Part shown: positions 36,474-49,824 of the stretch, in pieces
Position numbering within the stretch: the stretch's first letter is position 1
Layout: each line of letters opens with the position of its first letter
NCBI RefSeq assembly: GCF_963921235.1
Contig: NC_086118.1
Coordinates: 26,476,001-26,540,000 of the forward strand
Direction of reading: 5' to 3'
DNA: 64,000 nt
DNA from: Mobula hypostoma
Lineage: Eukaryota
Notes under the pieces: model-generated
Seen by the model: the letters and a program-made list of their open reading frames with translations, nothing else
What the model was told of the DNA's origin: nothing
The model's database searches: none
Made by a program: the position numbers and the translations under genes

Positions 36474-37199
36474 CTGTAGTAGCCAGCTAGAAGTCCCTAC
36501 TGCAAGCTATGTATCTTCCCCTTCCCCTTCCCCTTCCCTTTCCCCTTCCCACCTGTCTGTCCTTAGTATCCTCTATTGCCGGGGTTCAAAGTATAAGAAC
36601 AGCACCTCACATTCTGCCTGGAAATGCAATGAATCAGATGGATATGTGGACTTCAAGAGGTAAAATACATGGAGGGATGGCATAACTAAGATAATCAAAT
36701 GATAACTTTTAGTGATTGGTGTATCCAGAACCAAAAGCCAGAAAGTTTTTCAGGAATAAAATTGAAAAAGGGGTGGTGAAAAATTGGATCTCTTCCATAA
36801 AGAGCAGAGGTAACAATCACATTTAAACATATAAATTAAGACACTTGTTTTAATCATGTGTATTAATTGATTTGAGGAAAAGCCAGGTATATTGAGCTAA
36901 GTAAATGATGAGTTTTTTTATTACGGCATAATACATTGCCAAGACTAATGGCCAATCACTGTTCACTCTGCATAATCACTATCTACAAGCTAAGGTGCAA
37001 GTTTATGTCCTGCAACAAGGAGAGTCCACACTAAAAGTAGAAACTACTGTATTATGTTTTTTTGTCCCTGAATTTCCCATTATATATGTAAAATCTCTGT
37101 TTGAGAGACTTGATCACTTTGTGCCCATGAAGCCCAGTTTTTTGTCTGCTTGGCCATCTTAAGGATAAAGGTGAAATTTCAATCCAAAACTGGGTCTCT

Positions 37200-37500
37200 C
37201 TGCACTGAACTGAAAGGCTCTCAGTTTATGCTACATTCCAAAAACATTTCAGTATCCAATCTGACATTTCAGTGAAGTGTTCAGGGAGCACTGCACTTAT
37301 CAGAGCAGTCTTCCTTCAGACAAGGTGCTAAACTCTTTGCCCTTTCAGATCCTGCACAGGAACACTGCGCTGATCAAGTCCGAGCTCTCCCACTGCCCTG
37401 ATGAAGTCTTATCCTACAACCAGCACCTAAACTAACTGCTCATTTGTTTCATTGCCATTTGTAGGACACTGCTACTTTCCATACTAACATAGGATTAGAA
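37200..37500 (+). mobile_element. Ancient Deu-domain SINE (SacSINE1/AmnSINE1-like), decayed
   Basis: cagtgaagtgttcagggagcactgcact...ccttcagacaagg...tatcctacaaccagcacctaaa...tcatt...cattgccatttgtagg follows the block order of the Deu-SINE consensus as I recall it. Confidence 0.55.
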
Positions 37501-37540
37501 ATTCAAAAATCAGAGGCACAAAGGGACTTGGGAGTCCTAG

Positions 37541-38837
37541 ACACAACAGATTCTGCAAATGCTGGAAATCCTGTGCAACACACACAAAATGCTGGAGGAA
37601 CTCGGCAGGTCAGACAGCATCTATGGAAACGAATGAACAGTTGACAGTTTGGACAGAGACTGGGAAGAAAAGGGGAAGACGCCAGAATATAAAGGTTGGG
37701 GGGAGGGAGAAGGAGGACTAGCTAGAAGGTGATAGGTCAAGCCAGGTGGGTGGGGAAGGTAAAGGACAGGTGAAGAAGGAATCTAATAGGAGAGGAGTGG
37801 ACCATGGGAGAAAGGGAGGGGCACCGGGGGAAAGTGATATGCAGGATGGAGGAGGAGTAAGAGGCTACAGTGGGAAACAGAAGAAGGAAGAGGGAGGGGA
37901 AAAATTTCTGGAATTTGGAGAAATCAAAGTTGATGCCATCAGGTTGGAGGCTACCTAGATAGAATAGGAGATGTTGCTCCTTCTACCTGAGAGCGGACTC
38001 ATCATTGCAAAGGAGGAGGCCATGGACCAGCATGTCAGAATGGGAATGAGTATAGGAATTACAACGGATAGAACGGTCCCCCAATTTACATCAGGTCTCA
38101 GCGTCATAGAGGTGGTCACATCGGAGCACTGGATTCAATTAACAACCCCAACAGATTCACGGGTGAAGTGTTGCCTCACCTGGACGGACTGTTTGGGGCC
38201 CTGAATGGAGGTAAGGGAGGAGGTCAGTGGGCAGCTGTAGCATTTCTATCACTTTTAGGAGTAAGTGCCAGCAGGGAGATTACAGGGGAGAGTCAAATGG
38301 ACAAAGGAATCACAGGGGGAGTGATCCCTGCAGAAAGCAAGGGGGGGGGGAGAGAGGATGTAAAGATACGATTGATGGTAAGATCCCATTGAAGATGTCA
38401 CAAGTTGCGGAGAATGATGTATTAGATGTGCAGGTGTGTGGGGTGTTAGGTGAAGATGTGTAACTCTATCCCTGTTAACACAGCAGGAAGATATCCAGGA
38501 AAAGGAGGAGATGCAGGTAAGGGCAGTATCAATGGCAGAGGAAGGAATACCCCATTCTTTGACAAAGAAAGACATCTCTGATGTCCTGGAAAGGGAAGCC
38601 TCGTCTTGGGAACAGATGCAGTGGCGACAAAGGAACTGATAAAAGAGAATAGCATTTTTACAGGAGGCAGGGTGGCAAGAGGTATGTCAAGATGGCCAAG
38701 GGAATCAATAGATTTATGTCAGTAGACAGACTGTCTCCAGAGATGGAGACAGAAAGATCGAAAAAAGGGAGAAACGCTTCAGGAATGGACCAAGTGAACT
38801 TAAGGGCAAGGTGGAAGTTGGAGGCAAAGTTGGGAAG
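37541..38837 (-). mobile_element. Neptune-type PLE 3' half inserted into a CR1
   Basis: Minus strand NFASNFHLALKFTWSIPEAFLPFFDLSVSISGDSLSTDI (PLE RT C-terminal part), then linker, GIY-YIG remnant and pLTR. TTGGGAGT is duplicated at 37528-37535 and 38838-38845. Confidence 0.82.
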
Positions 38838-38845
38838 TTGGGAGT

Positions 38846-39520
38846 TCATGTGCAGGATTCCCTAAAGGTTAACTTACTAGTTGAGTCAGTAGTAATGAAA
38901 GCAAATGCAATGTTAGCATTCATTTCAAAAGGACTAGAGTATAAAAGCAATGCTGCTGATACTTTATCAGGAATTGGCCAGACCATTTAGAGTATTGTAA
39001 GCAGTTTTGCATCCTATATCTAAGAAAGGATGTGCTGCATTAGAGAGGGTCCAGAGGAGATTTACAAGAACAATCCCGGGAATAAAAAGGTTAGCATATG
39101 ACGAGTGTTTGGTGGCTCTAGACCTGTACTCACTGAGTTTTAGAAGAATGAAGGGGATTTCATTGAAACCTACCGAATATTGAAAAGTCTAGATAGAGTG
39201 GATGTGGAGAGGATGTTTCCAACAGTGGAGAGTCTAGCAGCAGAGAGCGCAGCCGCACATTAGAACAGAGATGAGCAGTTTTTTTTAGCCAGATGATGGT
39301 GAATCTGTGGAATCTGTTGAGACAGGCAGCTGTGGAGGCCAAGTCAGTGGATATATTTAAAGTGGAGGTTGATGGTTCTTGATTAGTAATGATATCAAAG
39401 ATTACAAGCAGAAAGAAGGAGAACGTGGTTCAGAAGGAAAATAAATCAGCCATGATCAAATAGTGGAGAGGACTCAATGGGGCGAAATGGCCTAATTTTT
39501 CTCCTATGTCTTATGCTCAT
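38846..39520 (+). mobile_element. CR1-clade LINE 3' fragment, continuing from ~37505-37540
   Basis: gtgcaggattccctaaagg...gggtccagaggagatttacaag...ctcctatgtcttatg. Confidence 0.8.
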
Positions 39521-40197
39521 ATGGATCCACTTCAGGTTGTGAAGCAATTCAGAAGAATGCTTTGTATAAATTTCATACTGCATTCTTTATTTTACTTTTT
39601 TACCTTTTTAAATTCAAGAAAGGAAAATAAAGAATATTAATGTGGAATATTAATGTTATTATTTTAAAGGATAGAGAATGTTAAATATTTAGATCGATCT
39701 GTTTCTGGGACACTGCAGAACTACAGTACATATGCTGCCTATCCTTAAATGGAAGTGTTCTTGAACTGTGCTAGAGAAAGGTTAACGCAATTTGATTTGC
39801 AGTTGGCAAGGAGGGTTCTTCAAGGCCACAAAGTGGGAAGGGTTAAGTACTATGAACAAGATTTCATTCTCAATTCTGGTCTTTTTAGAAAGGAATTAAC
39901 TTAAAACATTAACTACTTCTCTCTCCACAGATGTTGTCTGTCCTGCCGAGCCTTTTCAAAATTTTCTCTTTTTACCATTTTGCTTTCAAACCACATAAAA
40001 CAGTTTAATGCAGTAATATATCACCATTGTCACTTAGACTAATCTAACCTCATCTTAAATGCAAATTCAATTAAATATTTGGTACCACAAGTCATTAATT
40101 ATGAAACAGATAAAGTGAAAAATCCAATGTAAGCATGCAGGCAAGATCCATCAAACTGTGAAAATATAAAATAAAATATAAAATATAAAATCCTGCA

Positions 40198-40530
40198 TAT
40201 GCAGGAGAAGGTTCAGGAGCTTGAAGACCCGTACGGGGAACAGCTTCTTTCCAACTGTGATAAGACTGCTGAACGGATCCTGACCCAGATCTGGGCTGGA
40301 CCCTCCAAATATCCGGACCTGCCTCTCAGTTTTTTTGCACTACCTTACTTTCCATTTTTCTATTTTCTATTTATGATTTATAATTTAAATTTTTAATATT
40401 TACTAATTTTAACTATTTTTAATACTTAATATTTGTAATCCAGGGAGTGTGAAGCGCAGAATCAAATATATTGCTGTGATGATTGTACGTTCTAGTACCA
40501 ATTGTTTGGCGACAATAAAGTATAAAGTAT
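40198..40530 (+). mobile_element. Rex/Babar-like LINE 3' end
   Basis: GRRFRSLKTR-like frame, AT-rich UTR, aataaagtataaagtat tail. Confidence 0.65.
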
Positions 40531-41269
40531 GCTGGAAATCCAAAGCAAAAACAGAAAGTACTTAAGTACTCAGAAGGTCAGGCAACATCAGCTGAAAGTG
40601 AAAGAGAGAACCTTCCATTTGAAATGATACTGATGGAACGGGATTTGGGGAAAATGGGGGTAGACAGGAGGGGAGGTAAGAACAGTAAAGATCATGAAGA
40701 AGGCAGGAATTACTGAGTGACAAAAGATCAAAGCTGGTAAGAGGGATGTGCAGAATCTAGAGCAGCAGTAAATGATTGATAGAATATGGAATTGTAGACT
40801 TCAATCTGAAATTTGGGGAAAACTTCTGAATAGAAGGGATGATGGTCTGACTTTTGTGTATCTGGTTCATTGATTTGACTAGCCATAAGGTTCAAATGGG
40901 GAAAACCGCAAAAACAACATTTAATTCTTCCATGAATAAAAATTAGAAACTACAGATGCAGGGAATCTGAAATAAAAACAGAAAATGCTAGAGAAACATG
41001 AAAAGATTGAAGTCCCTTCTTCATAACTGAGATAACAAGAAAATAAGTTGTTTTTTTAGTTCCAGAGAAGGTGAGAAGTGGGAAAAAATAAAACAAAGGT
41101 AATATTTTGTCGTAAAGCAAGGCCAGAATATGCTGTGAACATGGACTTCCAGTTGAGATGACGAAGAGGGCAACTAAAAACATAAACAAAGGAATATAAA
41201 AGTTGTAGAGTGCCTTTGACCTTATCAGGAACCGTCACACTTTCCACAGACACTGCTTGACCTGTTGAC

Positions 41270-41700
41270 TTACACTCAGGTTCGAGAAGCAACACCCCAC
41301 ATTCTGTCTGGGTGACCTCCAATCTAATAGCATGGACATAGACTTCTCTAACTTCTAGTAATCTCTCCCTCTATCCCTTCATTCTTTTTCTATTCCCCAT
41401 TCTGGTTTCCCTCTCACCCCTTCTCTTTTCCTCCCCTTTCCCTTTCTTCCATAGTCCCTCCTATCAGATTCGTCCATTGTCCACCCTCCTTCCCTATCAG
41501 ATTATTTCTTCTTAAACCCTTTACCACTTGCATCTATTACCTGCCAGCTATTCCCCTCCCCCACCTTCTTATTTTGGCCTCTGCCCCATCCTTTCCAGTC
41601 CTGATGAAGGGTCTCAACTGTTTATTCCCCTCTGTAGATACTGCTTGACTTGCTAAGTTCCTCCAGCATTTTGTGTGTGATGTAGAGTATTTCCAGCATT
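41270..41700 (+). mobile_element. PLE 3' end (GIY-YIG tail plus pLTR, hammerhead partly deleted)
   Basis: cactcaggttcgagaagcaacacc...ttctctaacttc; pyrimidine-rich UTR; cagtcctgatgaagggtctcaact. Confidence 0.75.
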
Positions 41701-41993
41701 TCCTTTGTACACTATTCCTATTTTGGCTAAGCCTATTTTCTTTATAGACTTTGCTCAGCCCAAATAGTGAAGCTTTCAGTCTGAATAGATTAGTAAATGA
41801 ATACAAGATCTTATCATCAGAAAATTCTTCCACCATTAGTTTCCTATTTTATGGATACTTAATAATTTTATCAACATTCTTCATTTTTCTTTGCTGGAGA
41901 TGCCTTCATTTGCTATGCTCAAAACTCTGGAGGATCCACTTTAACTCTCTCCACTCTGTTAACATTTTTTAAAATCTACCTCTTTAACCACGT

Positions 41994-42178
41994 ATACCCA
42001 AGAGATTTTGCAGATACTGGAACTCTTGAGCAACAAGCGCAAAATGCTGGAGAAACTCAGCAAATCAGGCAGCATCTATGGAGGAGAATCGTAAGGTCTC
42101 AATCTGAAACGTCAACTGCTTCCTTGTCTCCACAGATGCTGCTTGACTTACTGAGCTCCTCCAGGATTATTCGTGCAT
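41994..42178. mobile_element. Miniature palindromic PLE-pLTR insertion
   Basis: Two pLTR pieces in opposite orientation, flanked by a degenerate direct repeat tacctctttaaccacgt (41977-41993) / tgccttttaaccacat (42179-42194). Confidence 0.7.
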
Positions 42179-43639
42179 TGCCTTTTAACCACATTTTTGG
42201 TCATTTGTCCTGAAAGCTGGAGGCTCAGTATTGAGCTGTGAAATGTTTCACTATACCAAAGTACTATGCTGATGTTGTTTTTATTGTTGTTGAAAACTTC
42301 ACTGAAAGCATTGTGAATGAGAACAAAACCTGTATTTAAAACAGCCACAACAAATTAATTCTAAGTTTGTACAAATATTGATATAATCTATTTTAATACA
42401 GATATCTCCTGTGGCATTGCTTGCAGGAGAAGGTAAACAATCAAAGGTGAATGCTTAAGTTACATTTAAAATTTAGCATTAATTAAAACATAACATTCTG
42501 CAAATTAATATATTTGCCTGCACTCTAAAGGTAATTATTTGAAGCTATTAAAATGTCACTTTAATAATATACTACCTATTTCTGTCTCACCTAGGTCAAA
42601 GCTGCATCATAGAAATTCCATTCATTACTATATTTACTAATTTTGAAGTTTCTGGCTAACACAACTGCCTTTATCTTTCTTCGTTCGAATAGAAACACAT
42701 ACTTAAGAGTAGACCAAAGCAACAGTACTATTATAATTGTGTGCATCTGTTCTGAAGCAACACCTGCAACGCGTGGAAAGATTCTGAGCAGAACCGGTAA
42801 CGGTGATTAACCCAATATCAGTGAAGATGAAGGACATGAAAGGAAAAGATACGCAAATGAAAGAAAATGGTAAAGGTCCTTTCACATATCTGTCTATTCC
42901 CAAGCCCGCTCCCTTCCCTAACTGCTCAAGTATTTTCAGCATAATGAATCTCGTCAAGCTGGGGCCATTGACCTGGATACGCTCAGCTGCTTCAATTCTG
43001 AGATTTTTCCCCTTTATTGTACTGGTTCGAGCCTTTGATGTCTGCAGACAAAAATGTCTTCTGTAAGAAACTATTCATTCCATCCAAACTGCCTCGCCTA
43101 CTCTGCACCTGGTGTTATATTACCCCCTCAGCCACCACTCCACCCACTTCTATACATAAAAGCAAATTATTCTTCACTTCCCTTTTCATTCAAAGCTTCA
43201 GTTTCCTTACACTTCCTCCATCCACCATCGCATAATTTTTGAGAATCAATTAGATATTCTATATGAAGTTGCACAGGCCTTCATTCAACAGACTGCAGAC
43301 CAATGGATGGCCTTGCCCAAAAACCTGCATTATTTTCAGAATTCATCTCCAGACAAAGTACTGACCGTCATTTGGTTTTCTCTTTCATACTTGCTCTTTT
43401 TTAATGTGCTAGAAGTCTCATTTGGCCTTACCACATCAAAGAGTCATTCATTTTGCTTGCACGGTCTAAATTCTAACGTCATGTAACCTTTTATTTTATC
43501 ATTTAACTATATCCATCACTTGGTGGGGCACACAGCACAGCAGTCTGGTTCCTTAGTTTTCTCAGCTGCTACAGAATAACAGAATTGGCTTTCTTTTAAA
43601 ACCATATATTCTCTTAATAGGTGGTGATTTTTATGGTGG

Positions 43640-44085
43640 GTGCAGTCAAAAAGCTGAATTTATTGTCGTATGAACAAGTACGTGTTCACTCAGGTACAAC
43701 GAAAAACTTACAGCAGCATTACATTTACAAAAATAAAATTAAACATTAGTACACAATTTTTATAAAGAAAAAGCACAATCAGAACAGAAAAATAACCAAG
43801 TCTATTGTAATGTAAATAGCAGGTGCAAATAGATGGCATGACACAGATGGTGAGGACCTTTGATGATGATGTTTTGCCCTCTTGATACACTTCCTTGTGT
43901 AGATGCTACCCATGCTGGGGAGGGATGTGCCTACGTGCATTCAACTAAGTCCACTGCTCTCTGCAGCTTCCTATGTTCACAGGCATTTGAATTCTGTACC
44001 AGACCATACCGCAAGCTGCCAAAATAGTTTCAACAGTACATCTGTAGAAGTTTGTTAGTGTTTAGTGACATTGTGCTGAACTTCT
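43640..44085 (-). mobile_element. Old Rex/Babar-type LINE 3' fragment
   Basis: tttattgtc...acttacagcagcat...gtccactgctctctgcagc...acatctgtagaagtttg is the reverse complement of the family at 10265. Confidence 0.6.
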
Positions 44086-46289
44086 TGTCAGAGGAAGTGT
44101 CTATTCCAACTTAAGCTGTTCTTTTCTACCCTCAGATTGTGATTTGCCCCTTTCCTCTGATGTTCCACTTGGCATGAAAATGGTTTAAACTTTAAAATGT
44201 CAAATATTCATTAAGCAGAGCGATCAGAACCCAGGCTATTATCATATCCAGGTACTGTGAGAGCAAGAGTGAGAAGGCAGACAGACTTGATATATTACGC
44301 ATCAAATTTAATGTCAGTGTAAACCCAAATCAGTTTTTCATCATTCTAGGCTTACAGCATAAAAATGTCATTAATTCATGTAGCCCTTCATGGTTAATCT
44401 AGATTTGTTTAATTTCCCTCATGAGATTTTGAGATTTGACAGTTATGGAAGACTTTATTGTTTTAGTAGCGTTCTGTTTTACTGTTATATATCGCCCCCA
44501 CCCCTGTTCCCTGGAACAGTTTAATTTTTGATAAGTAAGGGTCAAAAATGCAAACTTCCAATAAGTCTCTCAAACTTGATATATAGTTGAACACATCGCG
44601 GTCGACATTCTCAAAGACACAGGCTCTTCTGCAAGCATGCATCAATTCTCAATCATCTCAAAGCTCTATGGGTTGCTGGTAACTCCAGAAGTAATTACAG
44701 ATTGTAAAAAGCTATTGACACTGCACATAACTGCTGGGGAGAGGAAGAGGCAAAGATCCTATCAAACTGTACCAAGTACACTTCTATAAGATGTCCATTC
44801 AGAAATCTAAAACAAGAGGGTAGGAAGAGACAAACCAACACACAAGAAAAAATCAAAGTAATAATTAGAAAATATCTGAATGCACTTCAAGGAAATATTA
44901 GTAAACAAAACAAAATGAAATCAAGCCACTCAAAGAGAAGCCATTCACTAATTCATGACCAGCCAGTCATTTCTTTAATCAGCATTACTCTAAATGTAAA
45001 TTAACAAATCTAAAAATGACACGGTCAATTTTGTATTTAGTTGTATAAATGAAACTATTGCACTAAAATGGTAAACTAAATTGGTAAATTGGTTTATTTT
45101 GTCACACTTATTTAGTTACAGTAAAGAACTGTTTTGCATACTGTCCACACAACAGTGCATCAGGGACATACAAGAGAAAATAATAACAGAACCCAGAATA
45201 AAGAGTCACAATTACAGACAGGTTTGTTGGACAGATAATAAAATACTGGATATCAAAAATAAAATGCAGATATTGGGAATCAAATAAAAGCAGAAAATGC
45301 TGATAACACACGCAAGTTGTGACAAATGGGCCTTCGACGGTGGACATCAACTAGGTTTCTCTTGTACAGCTTCCACCCAATCTGCTGAGATTTTCCATCA
45401 TTTTCTGTTTTATTTCACAATCCGTGAATGAGCATTGACGTGAATAGCATGGATGTGTAGAGTGCAGCTTTGTTCAATAAACAAAGCTAATTCTTTTGAG
45501 GGTGTAAAAGATTCAGCAAATAAGATATTGTCTGTAACATTTTAATGGCCTTTCAGAAGGCATTCAACAAGAAACTGCACAAGAGATTGTTGGCAATTAA
45601 AGGAAACCTATTACCTTGGATAGGATATCAGTTAGGAAGCAAAGTATAAGCGAGTAACAATAATGAGCATGGACTCAAACTGACAGAAGATGCTGAATGG
45701 TGGTCTCTGGAAACCCGCACTGGGGGCTCAGCCTTTTATTGCATCAACAAATGACTTGAGTGAAGAAAAAGAAAGTTGTGAAATGAAGGTTGCTGACAAC
45801 ATCAAGTTAGGAGCCTAATAAACAGTGCAGATAAGAACAGAAAATTACAAAGAGACTGACAGATTCACACTGGATCCAAGGGAACTTGGGAACTGTGGAA
45901 CTGTGGATGGGCAATGAGATTTAGGAATCCATGTTCAGGAACTATTAATTCTAGTGGAGAGGTAGAGAAAAAAGTAATTTAAAAGTCCAATAGCAAGTTG
46001 ACATTTAGTTCAAGAAGTCTAAATTCCAAAGGGGTTGAATTATGATACAGAGTTGCGGCTAGGTTGCAATTGGAATTCAGTTCTGAACACTTTATCACAG
46101 TTTGAACAGGACAACAAACTTGCATTGTCTAAATGCTTTGGGTATGAATGTATTATTATTTAAATTAATAGTGTATTTAAAAATACTGTTATTAATTCAA
46201 CAGCACCAAAAATGGGGTTCTTTTCCTCATTTCTTGTACAGAGATTATAGCTGTTTGATGATAACTGTTCACTGAACATACTGCTTTTG

Positions 46290-46510
46290 TAACACACAAA
46301 ATGCTGGAGGAACTCAGCAGGTCAGGCAGTATCCATGGAAATGAATAAACAGTCAACATTTCCAGCCAAGGTACTTCCTCAGAAGGAAGGGGGAAGACAT
46401 CGCAATGAAAAGGTGGGGGGGGGGAGAGAGGGGAAGGAGGAAAGTGATAGGTGAGGCCAGGAGTGTGGGAAAGGTGAAGAGCTGGAGAAGGAATCTGAAA
46501 GGAGAGGAGC
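46290..46510 (-). mobile_element. PLE pLTR fragment
   Basis: aacacacaaaatgctggaggaactcagcaggtcaggcag...decayed hammerhead...purine-rich UTR. Confidence 0.7.
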
Positions 46511-46734
46511 ATACTCCATTTGTCAGTAACATGGCATTCACTCCTCCTTCAACTTGGATTCTGAGAGCTCTGCACTTTGTGATTTTTATGTGCCTTTGAT
46601 GAGGAAGTGGGAGGGTGGATTTGTAAATTTGAAAATGACATGAAGACTGGTAGAGTTGTGGGTCCTGTCGGAGGTTGTCATAAGTTTCAATGAGACAATG
46701 ACAGGATGTAGAGCTCTTCAAGACATTACAGCTG

Positions 46735-47300
46735 GAATTCAACTCAGAAGAGTGTGAAGTGATTCACTTTGGAAGGTTGAACTTGAAGGCAGAATATGGG
46801 ATTAAAGGCAGGATTCTCAGCAGTGTGGAGGAACAGAGGGGTCTTGGGGTCCACATCCACAGATCCCTCAAAGTTACCACACAAGTTGATTTGACAAGGT
46901 TTTTCAGGAAGTGTATGGTGTGTTGGCCTTCATTAGTCAGGGGACTGAGTTCATGAGCTGCAAGAGAATATGCAGATCTACAAAATCCAGGATAGACCAT
47001 ACTTGGAATATTGTGTTCAATTCTGTTCACCTAATTGTGGGAAGAATATGGAAGTTTTAGAGATGGTGCAGAGGAGGTTCACCAGGGTGCTACCTGGATT
47101 ACAGAGCATGTCTGATGAGGATAGAGTGAGTGAGCTAGTACTTTTCGCTAGTACTTTTCTCTTTGGAGTGAAGAAGATGAGAGGTGACTAGAAAGAGGTG
47201 TACAGTATAAGCATAGATCAAGAGAAGAGCCAAAGACTTTTTCCCAGGGCGGAATTCACTAATACCAGGAGGCATAATTTTAAGGTGATTAGAGGAATAT
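46735..47300 (+). mobile_element. CR1-clade LINE fragment
   Basis: IHFGRLNLKAEY...GLGVHIHRSLK and RPYLEYCVQFCSP...VQRRFTRVLPGL. Confidence 0.8.
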
Positions 47301-47619
47301 ATACTTTTACCTGTAGACAAAGGTTTGAAGGGGAAATAACTCAGAATTAGAGATATTCTTTTCTTCCCATCCTCTTCCTCCCAATTGAAGAATCCATTTT
47401 TCTTCCCACACCTGGTCCCTAATACTGGGAATGGTGGAGCTAAAACGACAGGCATTGCATCTCATGCAGTTGCAAGAAAAAGTGATTGGTGGAGCCAGAA
47501 GAACAGTCTTGGCAGTCACAAAAAGAATAATCATTTCAAAATGCTGAAAGGGAAGTAAGGGGAGTGCAAGATGTGTCTTACAATAGAATATCACTGAAAC
47601 ACTCCTTTCGTCACTCCCT

Positions 47620-48405
47620 CATGTACCTTTGCTTCTGACACCCATTTCCCCCAGACAACCAAACCACAGCCCTCTAACCTTTTCTCTTCCAGAAACACCA
47701 CACCCTCCCAGGTGAAGCAGTGTTTCACTTGCACATCTTCTAATCAAGTATACTTCATTTGGTGCTCATGACATGGGCTCCTCTACACTGGAGGAAGTAA
47801 ATGGGAGGTTTGGTGACTGCCCTGCAGAGCTCCCCAGTTCAGTCCACAGGGGTGATCCTCAGCTTCCTACGATGATTCTTCAGCCTACTCCCCTTCTTAA
47901 GCATTTGTCTGTGCCCTGTAGCTCTATTGTAATGAAGCCCAACACAAATTTGTGGAGTAAAACTTCTTCTTCCGTCGAGGCAATTTGCAGCTTTCCAGGT
48001 TCAATATCAAATAATATTGGCTCAGTTTTTCTCTCCCCTATAATACACGCCAGGCATGTCCTGCAACTCTGCATTCCACAACCTTTGCATTCTTTTGATT
48101 GTATTCTCACTTTCTAAAAGCCTTTAATTCACATTTTTAATGTTCCTTTGATCAGTTTCTCCCAGTCTAACTGCCATCAATAAACCATCAATCAGCTAAT
48201 TTCATCAACAGGCAACACTGACTTCTATTTAGCAGAGACATTTCCTGTGTCCTATCCCTCACATCTTCCCTTTCTCTGCAATTTAACACTAACCTGTTTA
48301 TTCTTTTCTGTTCTTCAGAAGAAACTTCAAATGTTTACTCTGTTTCTCTATTCATAGATGCCAACTATCCAGCTGAGCATCTTCAATATTTTCTGCTTTT
48401 ATTTA
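47620..48405 (+). mobile_element. Old PLE 3' fragment
   Basis: caggtgaagcagtgtttcacttgcaca...ctcctctacactggagga (QVKQCFTC...LLYTG) and a decayed pLTR end near 48340-48405. Confidence 0.55.
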
Positions 48406-49824
48406 AGTACATTTGAAGGATTTATTGTCGTTATGCTCAACATTTACATGCAACAAGTTTCCACAAACAACAGTATAATATAATTAAGTTCTTTTAAATT
48501 AGGCGGTGGCAATCAAGGGATAATCATGGAAGGTATCAACATTATCTTTTCCTTCCCTTGCATAAGGAAGGAATGGTCTGTTGTTTCAGAGTACCGTCAA
48601 TGTGATGAGATGGAAGGTGTAAGACATTCACGTTAAGCGACATCAATAGCAGCTATTTTATACATCACATAATTTGAAGCACTGACTAGCAGTTGTGAAT
48701 ATAACTCCCACACTCCCACCCTCCAATGGAAGTTGGGCCAATTGCTGAAGCCATCCATCATCAGACTGGCAAAGAGGATCCCTCCCTACCCCACCAGGAA
48801 CTTAAGGGCCCACTAAGACCCTTGGGAGGCAGGCTTCCCTTTCCACTGAGATTCCCCAGCTCATCTGGGATGCTGAGTGGCCAGTGGTCCTCTGAATACA
48901 ACCCTGAGAAGGAATAGGGTTTCTGACAGATTTGGGATCCAAAGGAGGTTTGACAGATGTGAGGATGGATGACACTGTGAAAGTCAAGCTGCTAGTCTGA
49001 TACTCAAGCTTTACATCACATAATTCCCATTTCAATGATGTTTAGCTGAAGCAATTTGTACCAATTTCTTGCAGAGGATTGCTTTTTTTTAAAAAAACGA
49101 GCTTTTAGCCTAATATATGTCTGTGTGGGTCAGGTAGATAATGCATAGAACACGTGTGGTGTATCTGTATGAATGGAAAACTGATCTTTGCCCGTGGGAA
49201 TACAGATGTCTATTTTGCTTTCATTCAATTCCTTGACAGATTTTTGGACAATTCATGCATGTCATTTCATGAAAAGAAGTGCACTCAGACTGACATATAG
49301 GCTGCCCTTTGGTGATCCACTGCTGGTAAGCTGCTGGCTGGAGGTATTCAGAACGTTTCATTGTTCTCAAGCTCACTGTACAATATGATACAGTATTCCT
49401 CAAGTATCACGGGCTGGGAGGGGTGCAACAGTTCTGAAATCAGTGTCCTCGCGTGGGCAGCATTAGAAGTGACATTAAAGCAAAGGCTGTTCTTACATTT
49501 GAAGAATAGACCATACACGTTGAAATGAACTATGAAAAATACAACTGCTTAGAAACAAAAGCAGATTGTTCATGACAGAGAATGTAACATAGGATGGAAT
49601 CATAGTGCTTGCTACTCCATAGGGGGGGAAGTTTTCCAAACAGACAATTCCTTTGTAAACGAGAGGTTAATAAGATAGAAATTATTGTAACTTATTATCA
49701 CTCGCTTCAGATCATTTCACTAGCACTAGAGTGTGATGCTTGCAACATTCTTGCTGTTCATCAGAGACAAGGATAGAACTGAGGCTGCTCCCAGTTACAA
49801 TTAGTCATCTCTGTTCAGCACAGA

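Noticed and set aside
42640..43350. Cluster of short ORFs suggesting a nested gene
   Set aside because: No coherent protein motif or exon structure; at most a very old repeat remnant that I cannot classify.
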